Shown here: positions 51,501 through 64,000 of the stretch, piece after piece
Position numbering within the stretch: the first letter of the stretch is position 1
How the letters are laid out: the number at the start of each line of letters is the position of its first letter
Assembly: GCA_030141605.1 (NCBI GenBank)
Contig: JAQGDQ010000185.1
Coordinates: 186,001-250,000 of the forward strand
Origin: Tubiluchus corallicola
Taxonomy: Eukaryota; Animalia; Priapulida
DNA length: 64,000 nt
Direction of reading: 5' to 3'
Position numbers and translations under genes: made by a program
Notes under the pieces: generated by a model
Seen by the model: only the letters and a program-made list of their open reading frames with translations
Databases searched by the model: none
What the model was told of the DNA's origin: nothing

Positions 51501-54500
51501 ATACACTGAATCTGAACACTGATAGATGCTTCACTCACAGATGTTTATTTAAGATGCAAAACTTGCAGCGGATACAGAGTTTTTCAACCAAGGAAAAAAG
51601 CAGCACATAGAAAGCCAGTATTAACAATTTTCAGGTATTTTCAAAAGAGCAGGTTTGCTAGAAACCACTAAACAGTTACATCACCATGATGATGCCATCG
51701 TAACGCTGCACAGATAAACGAACTGGGTTTAACTTTATATAAGGCAAAACCAGAAATGAAGCTATAGAACGATCTTTCATTTCTGGCCACCAGGAAAAGG
51801 AATTGAGCTATCCTGGACACAGTATGCCATGAACTGATGGAACAATGACTCTTTGTGCCACCGCCCAGAGGGGTACAGCAGTAACGTCATCAAATTTTTG
51901 TTAAATGCTTTCTCTACTAACATCGCTGCAAAACTCGATTTCAATATTTAAAGAAGAATCAGAAATAAAAAATACAGCATTTCTATTGCTAACTGAAATA
52001 AAATTATACCATCAATGGCGAATTAACATGCAAAAAACGATACTGATGCAAAGAATACGAGTGCAAAACTTAATGTTTCCAATTGAGCATTTAAGCACCT
52101 TCCTTCAAAAAAATTTAAAATGCAAGCACCAATCTGTGTTCAAATCTCTCTTGGCATGTTTCACTGTTAAGAGAATTACTTTAAAATTATTGCAACCTTT
52201 TCCTTGAAGTTAATCGTTATCAGATGCATAGAAATCCATCGCCAAATGTGACCCAAAACTCAAGTCGCTGAACCTCTACACTTTGTGTTTTATTTACTTT
52301 CTAGCATTTCATGATCCCTGGCACTGCTTGTATAATCTACAGCAGTTTAGGAGAGCAGAGGAAAGGAAGAAAAATTCGGTTTGAATAACAATATTGCAAA
52401 ACTCGTAAAAGAGTTGTTGTTACACGGAATAGTACAATACGATTGCACACAACTTTCGAATTACCTCCAATGCATAAATTCGTATTACTTTTTCTATACT
52501 TTTAATAATCACAACATAAGTTGCAGCCAGCAAAACTACATTTCAAGTTATTAACTAAACCCAACCAACACCCCCGCAGAGTACTTACAGCTTCATTAAC
52601 TCTGTTGATAGGCCAGCAGGAAGCCAATGCGAAAATTACTTTGTTCTGCCGCAACGTAGCTTCATCTAGACGTTACCGTGGCAACGGCGGAAATATTGAC
52701 AGCGAAAATTTCGCTTTCGTATCACAGTCAGGTCAAATGACAGAATCCTAGGTCTATATTAATCTGCTCAGATGCAAGGCTTCAGTATTATTTAGCGCGA
52801 GAAACAAAGTATTTCTCTCTAACTCTGCATTACCACCTCCCCTACCTGTTTATCGCAGACGCAAAATACTTTCCCAGACGCGGTCTGGGATATAACCGTT
52901 CTCTCCAAAAATATAAACAGTTTTTAATCTCAGATTGTAAGCTCAATTAGTATGCTAGCTTAGTTATCGCCTCTATAAAACCTCTATATTTACTAAGCTT
53001 TATAGACATTCGCAGCTAACTGGAATGCAAAACATTTTCCATAACATACTGCCGAGAGGACTTAATACCATGCTATCTCAAGGCCGCAGAGTATACATAC
53101 ACTAGTCTACATATACTCAATTATAATAGGTATGTAAAGTTGGTTATAATTCCAGTATAACGGTTTAAGATGTCAGTCTGTTCCCCACGCTATGATTGAT
53201 AGTCCCGTGTTTGAACTCTGGCACAAATACTTCAGTTTAAGCTCGCAGGAATTTTTAACTGCTTCCATAAACGCGTTCCAGTTGCTGCAGAAAGGTGGGG
53301 GAAACCCTAGAGAGAAGGGGCTTAGGCGGGCCCCCCAACTAAAACATATGGGCGACACGAAAACAAATTACAACAGGAACTTTTTCGCATGAGTTCAGTT
53401 GCCTATAGGTAGCTCATATAATGTCCTGAGTTAACGCACGTAAATACAGAATAGCTGCCAATATACTTTGAATAAACAACCATCACATTGCCAAGAAAAG
53501 GAGGTTTTTGACAAAAAAATTTACCAAGCACTTTTAAACACCCTACATAATCGCTGTTAAATCGATTTTTTCGGGCTTTTTATATGTGGAATTCTTTGCC
53601 ACAAAACTTCCTTACCAAATCGAGGCAAATCTGATCACTTGAAAACATATTAAAGCAAATAATTTTAAATGCATAATTTTAGCTTAATTTTTCATAGTGG
53701 TTATCATTGCGCACAAAAATTTCCATGTCTGTAATTCGACATTTTTTATTACAAGTAAAAAATTGGAGAAATTTCAGTTTTTACTCAACCTTGAATATTA
53801 GTAAATTTGTCTTTACATTCTTAAAAAATGGAGACATGTAGCATACTAATAAATAAATAATAAGAACATTTCAAACATATGTAAAATGGACTCAAAATAG
53901 TATTATGCGATCATAATTACGAAGTTTCGCCCTAAATCTAACCAATCAAATCTGCCTAACATGCTACTTCACGAAGGTTTGCAAAAACAAAGCCTTTTCC
54001 GTTTCTTTTATGCGTAAGATAGAGAAGAATGCGTCACCTACTTGCAGAATGGGGTAGTGTATACGTGCACCACAGGCATTTTTCACCAAACAACAAACAT
54101 CTGTACAACACGGGTTAAAATAAAAGCTAATAAAATTCACATGATAGTGTTAAAATGCGACCATTTTCCATTATCACACAGCCATGCAATATGAGCAAGA
54201 CCAATTCTCTTCTGCTGCAGACACTTTTCACGACACACAACGCCGCAGGTTACAACATCAACAGCATACAGGACCGCAATATAACAATATCAGGGAGTGC
54301 CGACCAATCAGGGCAGGTGTAACAGCACGCCAGCAGCTATAGCGATAAGGATATACAGCTGTATAAGTGAAAAAAGTCTCAATGAAACGAGCGTTAATCA
54401 TTTAATAGCCAATGATTATTTAGATGTGAATAGTGTTTTGGTAAGCGAAACACGAACACCAAAGTTAAATGTGAAATAAACGTTAGGTCATTAGTGCAGT

Positions 54501-57500
54501 CTGTGTAATAAAAAAAACGTCAATTCCTACAAGGTTATTAGTTTGTTGCGAACAGAATAACCAAAATGTCATAGAATTACTGAATTTTATATTGTTGTTG
54601 CGATCAACTGAATATAAACTAAGTTTAATACTGTTTCTTAAAATGCAAATAAATAATGATGAGGGACATTGTGAAAAGATATTTTGGGGGCAAGTTATGA
54701 CCTCGATTATTATGACAAGGTCATTTTTAAGGTTTTGCAGAAGAGAAATTCCAGACGATTTTCGAACTGCAAAGTTATTTTGGCCAAATTTCGCATAATG
54801 TGTCACTTTAATGAAAAATTTGTCAAGTGAAGTTGAAGAAGACACGGACACCCACTGCACGAAAATACCAAATCGTGGTTTCTGCACGAGATATATGACT
54901 AAAATGTCCCAGGGTCATAATTGAGGCCAAAGATTACAAAACGGTCTTTCACTCAAATATTTACACAATTAGATATTTTAAGCGAAAATATCTAAATCAA
55001 TAATTCTTCTCACTTTTTCTCTTAAGGGAAACAAATTTAATTTATTAATAAAGTTCAGTTCAATTTATTCTGTAGTCTTCCTAGCCTATATTGACACAGG
55101 TATCGTGAACAGCATGCCGTGTGGCATTATCCATTGATAAAGATATGTCTATTATATATATCATAAGTTTGCTTCAACAGGAAATGTCGTAAGTACGACA
55201 TATCAATGGAAAATATTATTAGTTGACCTTTGAAGTTTCCTCATAAAGATTCTCATAATTAAAGAGTCTTAGAATAATTATTCACTCCAAACAAGCAACC
55301 CTGCATTCAAGAAGATGGATATTGCCTAGCGTGTAATTATTTCGTATCATTCAGCTCTTATTTAAACCTTTCTTACAAAATATTGGTATTGAATCATTGC
55401 ACCTAATTCCGTTTCTTTTTGGTCGTGTAATACACGTACAGCACATCTAATAGCCCAACATGTTTTTCTACTCGACCTATTCTTTTATGTACTTACTCAC
55501 GACTATTGCATTTTGTACTTTGTAAATAACAACATAATGATTTTAATATCAACAAAAAACTACTACATAGTTTACATATAAGCCTACTCATAGAACTCTG
55601 CATGTCAAACTGACCCAAGAATACATTCAGCACTGCGAATTAAGCCCTATTCACCCGGACACACGCAAAACAACACTATTATGTTACTCCAAAACCGATT
55701 CAAATGGCAAGACATTAGAGTAACTTACTCGCAGTACTAATCCAAACCACATGAATTTGTAGATAACGTTTCCTAGCCTTCCGGCTAAACGAAGCCCAAA
55801 TAAATTCTAATCCCGCGCCAATGATCGGTTTTCACTTTTTTTGCAGCCAGCTTTTCTGATAAAACCTGGAGAGGGTTTAGAGAGAGGAAGTAACCCAGGA
55901 GGTTAGCCAGCTTGAAATAACATTACAACACGAGGCTAGTGGGAGGCAGTCGAGTGACGTCATCACATCTGGTATGCTTGCAAAATAGAATCAATTTTTA
56001 AAAACAACTAAATTAAATTTGATTTTCTGATCCATAATCTAGGCTAAAAATATTAATATTCTCAGCGGGCTATGTCCCAAACTCACGAAACTAAAAGCCT
56101 ACCAAAATAAAAATCTATAACACACAACTTCCACTTCTTATAACTGAGTGAGTGACGTCATACGAAGCCAAGTTTAACTTATAATGCCATAATAACCACG
56201 TCGTCAAAACAGGCCCCCTGCTAATAAAGTTTTAATTGCTAGTTCACAGTAAGTAACATAACATGATTAAAATGTTTTTCTAAACCATGATTGAATATAA
56301 AAAAAACACTAGTGAAAAAGTGATATTATCATTCTGTTTTAAATTTGAAATTTAATAACTTTGATAGGTAAGAAAGTCAAAAGGCTTTTACATAAGCTAA
56401 AACCATCGAAAGAGCTTTTTGAAGCTAACCTTGTAAAATGAACACATACACCTACAATGGTTAGACATGCAAGTGATCAGAGAGAAAACAAGATAAATTT
56501 ACAAAAAGGTATCATGGTATTTGTTTAAGTTTACGTTTATTTATTTTTGTATAGCGTAAAATCTATATAAATATGTACTTGAACGCTATACAGAAAAAAA
56601 TACATAAAAGTAACACCAAATAACGATCTAAAAAGCTAAATAATACAATATTTCTCAAAAAAAGTTTAGTAAAATTAAAACAAAAATATAGAAAAAACCT
56701 ATTCTATTATACAATGATTCATGAAGCTGTTAAGAAAAAACAGTTGACACTACCAATATTTTTTATTTGTTTGATTATTTAGATATTTACTAACAAACAA
56801 GCAGCAGTTTAGAAGAGTAAAATGCTACATAAACTACAATGATCAACTGTTACCCAAATAACTTGCAAATCAAACTTTATTAACTTGAAGCCAGGAAAAA
56901 ACATCTAGGCAAATAAACATGATTTAATAATGGCAATGATCATTTCTCACCGCAAAAAGAAACACCAAAAACTTCGATATTCAACGAACTGTTTGCAAGT
57001 GATGGCCTACCACTCTATATCGAGAGAAAACACAAGTTATGATCTTAACTCGTTCCTAACCTTTGGAATGCCATGTTTATTGGCTGTTTATTGCACAACA
57101 CCAAGACCCAGTTATCAAGAGGCAAAAGAAAATAAAGAAAGCTACGAAATTTAGGAGATGGAAAGAACATATAATATAATGTTCTATTCAAGACTGACTG
57201 TGCAGGCAGGCATACATGTTATACACAAGACTATTAGTGTCTCTCTGGAATTTGCAGCAGAAGTTTTAAAAGTCACGCTCATATCCGTAGAAAAATAAAC
57301 AGGGGGTACATACCGGGCCTTCAAACAGATCTTTACCCTAACAAACCAAGTGGAAAAAATGCAAACTTAAAACACATCGCTCGTATATTTCATCATGTTT
57401 ACGCATGCTAGACATACCACACTTTCAAAAACAAAACACTGCTTACCTTAGTCTTGGGCACAAAACATTAAAAAAATAGAAAAAGATGTATTTTCAAAAA

Positions 57501-60500
57501 ATCTATATTCAGAAGTTGGTTTAACGCTCATAAATTACATGCTCGCATTATTAAATTTGATATTACATACTCGCATATCACAATGTATTAATGAAAACTG
57601 ATTAAATTATTAATACCTATTTCTGATTACAATGCATGACTAAGATTTCTAAAATGACATTTCCAACCGCCCCACCTACACCATGTTTAGAGTTTAGCAA
57701 TCAAAGCTGTCTACAATCTCCAAATTTATAGCTTAAATGCTGAAAAGTCTGTCGAAAATACTTCTCGTTTGTTTAGCCATATGTTTAGTAGCACTCAAAG
57801 CTCGTGAATGTCTGTCAATATGCCCTGCACGTCACGAAACATACCACATGTCCAAAGACCAAGTTGACCAACTCGCCTACACAACCAGCAACAACAGCAA
57901 AAACGCATTAACAACTACAGCACCTAAACAAAAATCTCAAAATTCTTACCTTGGATTAGAAGAGGCTGTTTTGACGGAAACGGCGTACTCCCTTCTGTTC
58001 GCGATGCCAACCTAAAAATGCAACACAGAATATGTAATTTAAAACTGGCTCAGAAACAACAAACCACGTAGAAGTGGCAGCCAGGCATGGGCTCTCATTA
58101 TAGGTAAACATATGCTGTCTAGCAGCTGGTGTGAGCTGAGAAAGTTAAGGATTTATTTAAGAGAACATTTTTCAGCAAAAATCAAATTTTGCAGTAATAT
58201 AAATAGAGAAAAACTGTGAAACATGTTTTAAAACTGTTGACAGACGTAAAAAAGTTCAGATTGTTCAGTAAAATTAGTAGTGTGCAGCATGAGTGAGACA
58301 AAATGACTAAAGAAACATTAAAAAACATTTTGAGAAGCATACATGTTTTAATCAGGTGTGACAAGAAAATATTTTTAAATAACTTTTCCCGAATTTGTTA
58401 CAAGTACTTTCCTACAACAAAATTTTATCAAACCATCAAACTGCATTGCAGTGCCACCTGCTAGCGAAAGTATAAACCACGCTAACTCCGAACCATTAAT
58501 TTTCCATAAAAAGATCGCATAAAGTGCATATTTTCCTCAACAGATGGAGCAACACAACTATGTTAACCACTTAGAACAACACAGAGATAATGGCATCCAT
58601 AGAACAACGTAATAATCATTCGCTATTGGGCTAAACAACGAATAATAGTAGAGAATAACTTATTACATCGAAGTATGGTTGAAACAATAGCGGAATCTAT
58701 CACGCCTTCAAAATTTAATGTGCAACACTCCGTGTCTCATACAGCAATGATTTGTAAAAAACGAGATCTTCCAAAGCATCTTGTAGCTGCCCACAAGACT
58801 GTCTATTGAATACAGATGAACGGCTTGGATCATCTATACTATCTACTTTGCCTTTCAGTATAGTGCTCCGACGTGCTTGGTAGGAGTTGGCTTGGTGAAT
58901 TTTCACGCCATACAGTTAAATCAAAATTTTTTAAGCCCAGAGATTCAAGTCACTGCTTTGATCATACATGCCCATACTACAGGCTACATACACAAAATTA
59001 GGTACCAAATTTTGAGGGCACGTTAGATTCCATATTGTTTTGGCAATATCGTGCTGTAATAATTTGTTCTGTACCTAGCAAAATGTTATGTACCACGTTG
59101 TACAAAAATCTCGAAAATTGCATGTAATTAAAAATGTAACATTTTTGGTAATTACAAAAGAAACAATGAAAACATTTATTGAAAGGAGAACTATTAGTTT
59201 CTGCATTTTATGAAAATGTAAAAGCAAATAGAAATCGATAAACAAAATTTAGAAAAAGTAACAGCCACTAAGTGTTTTGGATAACAGTTTTCTGCGATTA
59301 GTGCATCAGCACCCACTTATGCAACAAAATATAAATAGCAGCATTAATGCAGATGCCTTTTCCTTTTATTTTTTACTAAACGCGTCTAAATCTGGGGTTA
59401 CTAGTGCCATTTTTCAAAGTAGGATTCAGTACGGATGAAGTTTGATTTCAGTGCCAATAAATCAAGTGAAATTTTTAAATTGAAATGAAAAATTGAAAAC
59501 TTACACACATGCAAACAATCACTTACTAAAAATAGCAATTCTTCACTTTTGCTAAGCTACAATACACAAAATATATTTAACAGTAACCAAAATTTCTTTA
59601 AAACTACTCACTTTTGCATCGCTGTCAAGGTGACCATGGTAATCTGCATGTGCGGGAAAAAATTTCCGCTTCTCATCTTCTTGATCCACATAATGCAAAC
59701 TGCCGTTGGTGAATGACGGGGACTTTTGCTTTGGAGAAATTGCTGCATCCGATCTGTCTGAGGACGAAAGGCGGGTACGTGTCACCTCCCAAGCTGAAAG
59801 CCCGGATGGTGATTTCAGCCGTGGATCACTGGAAAGGTCACCATACAAACCCATTGGAGATTGAACCCCTGCATTTATCCTCTTGGGCAAAATCTTTCCA
59901 GTTTTTTCTGCATGCCAGGAAGCCACAGCATTGTGCTGTATCGCTTTCAGTTCAGACTTTTTGTCTGCGTCGATGTACGTCATTTTGCTGTCATTGAGCT
60001 TTTCTGGATCAGAATTATCTCTTTCATGTGTAGAATCCATATCGGATATCCCAGAATCAGAGACCTTATGTTTGACTTCTAGCCTTGGTTCTGCTAACTT
60101 GTAAATCTTTGCTTCCTGATAGAATGGAGTCTTGAGCTCTGTTGATAACAAACGAAGGTGCTGGCAATCCGGGTTGGAATTCGCCCTCGTGTGGACGGAC
60201 ATGAACTCAGAGACGTGCCGACCGATTTCTTCCGAAGAACTTCTCTCTCGTACCTTGTCGCTTACGTAAATAAACTTTTTGGGAATTTCTGCTTCATCTT
60301 TTGGATGATATTCATCCGTGTCACGCACAGGATCAGAACCTTGCCTGCGATTATGCCTCAGTCCAGTATTTTCCAGAATCTGTTCTAGTCCGCTGCCAAA
60401 ATGACTGCTGGAATAAGAGTGAGAGAGACTGGCCTGATCAGAACACCTACGAGCCTTTTTATCCTTTGCTGAATATTCTATATAACTGCTATCCAATGAT

Positions 60501-63500
60501 CTTCTCTCGCTTTTCTTCTTGCAATGTTCACTTTCTAGTTGCTTTTGCTGTTCAAGCTCTTTTTGCTTATATTGTATAGATAACTCGTGTTTTTCTCGTT
60601 CCAGTCCAAGAAGCATTGGTGACTGGCTAGCTGTATACTCGTGCTTTGCAGTTATTGTTGGTTCTTCTGGTTTCTGAGCATTGGTAGATGAGAATGTTGC
60701 AGGCGTGCCACGCTCATTATGAGCAAATTGTTTCTGGGCCGCTTTCCGGAGGTCCCAAATATTTTCATACTGTTCTTTTTCTGTCATGAACGGTCTTACA
60801 TCATCAACAAGCTTTCCAGGAATATTTGGGAATTTCTTTCTGCTTGTAATGTCACGTTCAGGAGGTGACGGCACGTCATAGTCTTTGTCCCCAAATTTGT
60901 GACCATTACTGTCATAGGACGGAATGTAAGCAGAATTTAATACTTCTTCTGTGTTCAAGTTTTCAGCTACAAAGTCAAAATTGTGAGACACGGGCAACTT
61001 TTCGACGTCCTTAATATTTAAAGATTTTGTCACAAATGCAGGCTTCGCAACAAAATATGTTCCTGGTGTCATCGGTTTCCCTGTAAGTTTATTGATAGAT
61101 GCCTCAGGCGAGAACTCGCTATTTTTTGCACTGTCTAATTTTATCTTGAGCTTTTCTGATGAACTCAGATTAGAAGGGCTCATAGGTGGACTGAATGTCT
61201 GGGCAAACACAGGAGAGTACGATTTCATAATCTCAGAGGTGGTAAGAGAATCACTTTTTGATGACGAGTCACTCTGCATCACAGTCTTGCTGTCATCACT
61301 TCCTGTACTCCTCGGAGAACACTCAGGAGACTGCACCCACCCACTTGAAGCATCACGAACAGGGGGAGGTGGAGGCACCTCATTAAGATGATCAAAATTA
61401 GTCTGAAACGACAATTCTCGAATATCTTCATAGGTAAAGTTGACATGAGCATCGGGTTCTCGCCCGGATTCTGCTGGAATAAACCTGGAAGGTTCTGGCT
61501 TTCCAGCTGTCTGCTTTTCAACTTGAGGTATGACTTGTACTGTTGCCACATTAGCCTGTGGCTTACTGTAACGTCCGGGCATCGAAGAAGACTTGGAAGC
61601 CTGGTGTCTCTCCATACGTTCTCCATATAAAATGGGTTCAACACTTTCGTCAAATTGTTGGATCTTTTCCCAGTATTTACTACGAACATTTGCCGCCAAG
61701 TCGCTACCTCCTCCAGGAAGAACTGAAGTGGAATTAGAAGAAGAACCGAGGCATCCTGTCTTTAATTCTCCTGCTAGGTCATCTTTCTCTTCTTGTAAAC
61801 TGGATGCACACTTTCCATCAAATGGTTTATACTGCTTGTAGTTATTAGACGGGTTATGTATGGTGTCCACACTTGCGTAATGGCTCAAGCCTTTGCCTTT
61901 GCCCATGGATTCTTCACTGGACGAATAACCGGTGTCTTGTTTGCTGAAAAAAAGCACCATCATAAATTTCTGACTTTAATATACATCTAAGCTTCTTTAC
62001 CAAATGTGCAAAACCCAAACAAAAACGCCAAAAATCAGGTCTCTATAATGTTTTGAATTCCACAAAAGCTAATCAGTGTGTGCATTTTATTAATCTTATG
62101 GCGTGATCAGGAGAGTCTTATCTCAAACGTAAACCTGATTAAGAATACAGACAGCGTTTGTATTCGGGAGTTATGCGGTATTTCCACGTTGTGCACAATA
62201 ACAACACGACATTACGACTTACAGCAAGACAAAACAAACTCAGTAAAACTCGCACGACTTCCTGGTATGCGGTAGGGACTTTACTTGAGCACAATAAGCC
62301 AGCAACCGTTACTCAGGTCCACCCAGCAAACAATAGACGAGAAAAGGCAAAACAAGGGCACTGTTTTCCTATAATTACACGCAGAACATGTAATAAGCTC
62401 AATACAGGGTAAGTCAATGTCCAAATATCTTTATAAACAAAATACAGGTTAGTTGAGTAAGCTGAGCCACTTTACTATGTTGAACAACTACTTCCGTATT
62501 GCCCTTGTACAGACTTAAATAACTTAAAAAATAAAACAATATACTATAGTCCAGAAACCGTTGAAGATTCTGCATGAAAATAGATTACAAAACTGGATAA
62601 AGGTAGATTATAACTGCATTACATTTTCAGTTAGTAATGAAATTTCAACAAAAGTGCTTCACATATATTGAATTAAAAGAGTACAACTTCACATGTTTAC
62701 GGGGTTGCAACCGACGTACTGCACTAAAATTACTTTACTTTCTAGATTTTTCCGGTAGCCTTTACAAAATGAATTTACCGGACAACGAATGAAAAGATGA
62801 TATTTTTTCACATCTTTTGCATTAGCAGCTAATGTAATAGAATTATACTCTGGAAAATATACTTAATTTCTCACAAGTATGAGTACGTCCATAAAAATTT
62901 CAACCTTCATTCCAAGTCCAGCTCTAGAAGCAAAGGGTTCACTTGTCCATTCTAGTCGCATGTGACACGCATAGAGTCGTAGATATTAACCACCAATCTT
63001 TAAGGACCCTCCCTACCAAGAAATTTTGCTAAACTATCCTATGTACCTACTTTAAAAGCATATTTTTTTTGCATAAACATGTTCATGCATAACTGAAGTT
63101 TGCAAAACAAGGTGATGGCACAAAATTGCTGTCACGCATCGCACAAGCAAAGAATGACATTAGTCAGTGTCAACCCGAGGCGACACATCTATTAGGCACC
63201 TTAAAAAAAACATGCACACAACGTTTCAGTCGAACAGTTTCAGGGCTTTAAAGTTCATCAACCTACGTAATCAGTAAGTTTTTTTCGGTTAGTAAGCATA
63301 AACAGCAAAGCTGAAATACTAATAAGAAACACTACTCTAATCTACCTCTAGCAAGACTTTCATCATTTGAAGAAAAAAAGAATTATCCAAAAGTTTAGAT
63401 TTAAAATGTTGCAGCAGTATGTACTGTGATCAGTTTGGCCAATTCTCACAGGAGCACTCGTGTCTTAATGCCAAGTTTAAGTACTAACCTTTACAATAAA

Positions 63501-63951
63501 TAAATTACAAAGAATTTCGCATTTCACCAAACGATGGCGCTGAGCACAGATACAACTAAAAGTCTTAGTACCGAGTTTAAAGTACTAGCCTTTATAGTAA
63601 AAAAGTTACAAAAAATCCACCCTTTTTCCAAACTATAGTGCTGCGTACAAGTAAAAAAAGTCTAAAAATAAAGCACTACGAAGATATATGAATTCTTGAA
63701 TCCTGTTGAAACGGCACAGCTGTTATTTAAATAACCATGAGCAGTAATTACTAGAAGAAAGTGAATTTAAGCCTCACTTGTGACGACTCTGAAGCGCTGA
63801 TCTGGTGATGACGTAACTCATACTGTTACCGCTCTTCATACTCTGCTGTTTGCTGTCGTTCTCTGTCGTGGTTTCTACCTTTGGTCGTTCATGCCGCTCC
63901 GAGGCACGCCTTTTGATGCCCGCCGAGCTGCTCGATCGACGAGAACCACTC
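39307..63951 (-). CDS. Shroom: Shroom family protein (ASD2 Rho-kinase-binding domain); 5' part lies beyond the right edge
   Basis: Eight in-phase exons: 63778-63951, 59612-61943, 57950-58011, 42723-43148, 41427-42443, 40549-40681, 39902-40174, 39307-39555 (about 1,555 codons). ASD2 motifs [102 protein letters not shown]; upstream proline-rich ELPLPPLP/PLPPPPPP. Confidence 0.92.
39902..40174 (-). CDS. Shroom: Shroom exon (ASD2 core)
   Basis: [16 protein letters not shown]; phase 0 to 0. Confidence 0.93.
40549..40681 (-). CDS. Shroom: Shroom exon (ASD2 start)
   Basis: [14 protein letters not shown]; phase 2 to 0. Confidence 0.9.
41427..42443 (-). CDS. Shroom: Shroom exon (Ser/Pro-rich)
   Basis: 1,017 nt open, phase 2 to 2; KTMSDYITGLF. 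Confidence 0.88.
42723..43148 (-). CDS. Shroom: Shroom exon (proline-rich)
   Basis: 426 nt, phase 2 to 2; SPELPLPPLP..EPLPPPPPP. Confidence 0.88.
50618..50820. repeat. Imperfect direct duplication of about 78 bp
   Basis: GCGCTTAATTAGAGTAATAAACAAAGAGCTATAAAGTC... recurs about 124 nt later as GCGCTTAATATGAGTAATAAAGAAAGAATTATAAAATC... Confidence 0.75.
52672..52685. promoter_or_regulatory. RFX X-box-like palindrome
   Basis: GTTACCGTGGCAAC, one mismatch from GTTACCATGGCAAC. Confidence 0.45.
55955..56160. promoter_or_regulatory. Two full CRE palindromes (TGACGTCA at 55955-55962 and 56153-56160)
   Basis: Both in the identical context GAGTGACGTCAT; CCAAT near 55818. Confidence 0.4.
57950..58011 (-). 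CDS. Shroom: Shroom small exon VGIANRREYAVSVKTASSNP
   Basis: TTTTTAG acceptor, GTAAGA donor; supplies the phase 0 to 2 shift needed between 59612 and 43148. Confidence 0.75.
59612..61943 (-). CDS. Shroom: Shroom large exon (about 777 codons)
   Basis: Inside the 803-aa ORF; TTCAG acceptor, GTGAGT donor; PPPPPVRDASS, YDVPSPPERD, ELKAIQHNAVASW motifs. Linkage to the ASD2 exons is inferred from strand and phase. Confidence 0.8.
63778..63951 (-). CDS. Shroom: Shroom upstream exon
   Basis: TTTCAG/GTGAGG; phase 2 to 2 fits the acceptor at 61943. Confidence 0.75.
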
Positions 63952-64000
63952 CTGAAACAAAGGAAAAATACCGTAAAAATACGGAACATCATAAAAACAG

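Noticed and set aside
53175-54930. Weak inverted repeats at about 53175/53305 and 54683/54911
   Set aside because: Short, mismatched and without TSDs; probably old MITE debris but not definable.
63470-63620. About 47-bp imperfect direct repeat
   Set aside because: Only two copies; an ordinary local duplication, not a CRISPR-like array.
1-64000. CRISPR arrays, operons or prokaryotic defence systems
   Set aside because: The window is spliceosomal-intron-containing animal DNA; no repeat-spacer arrays or bacterial-type genes seen.

Overview
AT-rich invertebrate animal genomic DNA with GT-AG introns; no prokaryotic features, CRISPR or intact RNA genes. Three intron-containing genes were reconstructed by hand with consistent splice phases. 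(1) A minus-strand secreted zona pellucida (ZP)-domain, cuticlin/dusky-like gene (ATG at 8523, runs off the left edge) whose 3,958-nt second coding exon encodes a ~1,300-aa repetitive pro-region with no cysteine after the signal peptide. (2) A complete plus-strand LRRCC1/CLERC orthologue (22 coding exons, 18066-37367, about 1,035 aa) with a CDE/CHR-like promoter element. (3) A minus-strand Shroom gene (ASD2 domain; 3' end at 39307, runs off the right edge) lying tail-to-tail with LRRCC1; its 14.8-kb intron holds candidate microexons, alternative first exons and a recursive-splice-like site. Non-coding DNA contains several MITEs (hAT-like, piggyBac-like, and one filled with telomere-like repeats), tRNA- and 5S-derived SINE-like heads including a head-to-head pair, a decayed LINE fragment and long compound microsatellites. 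Family assignments rest on remembered sequence similarity, not database searches. No clearly new biological system is proven; the best candidates are the ZP pro-region architecture and the splicing layer of the Shroom intron.
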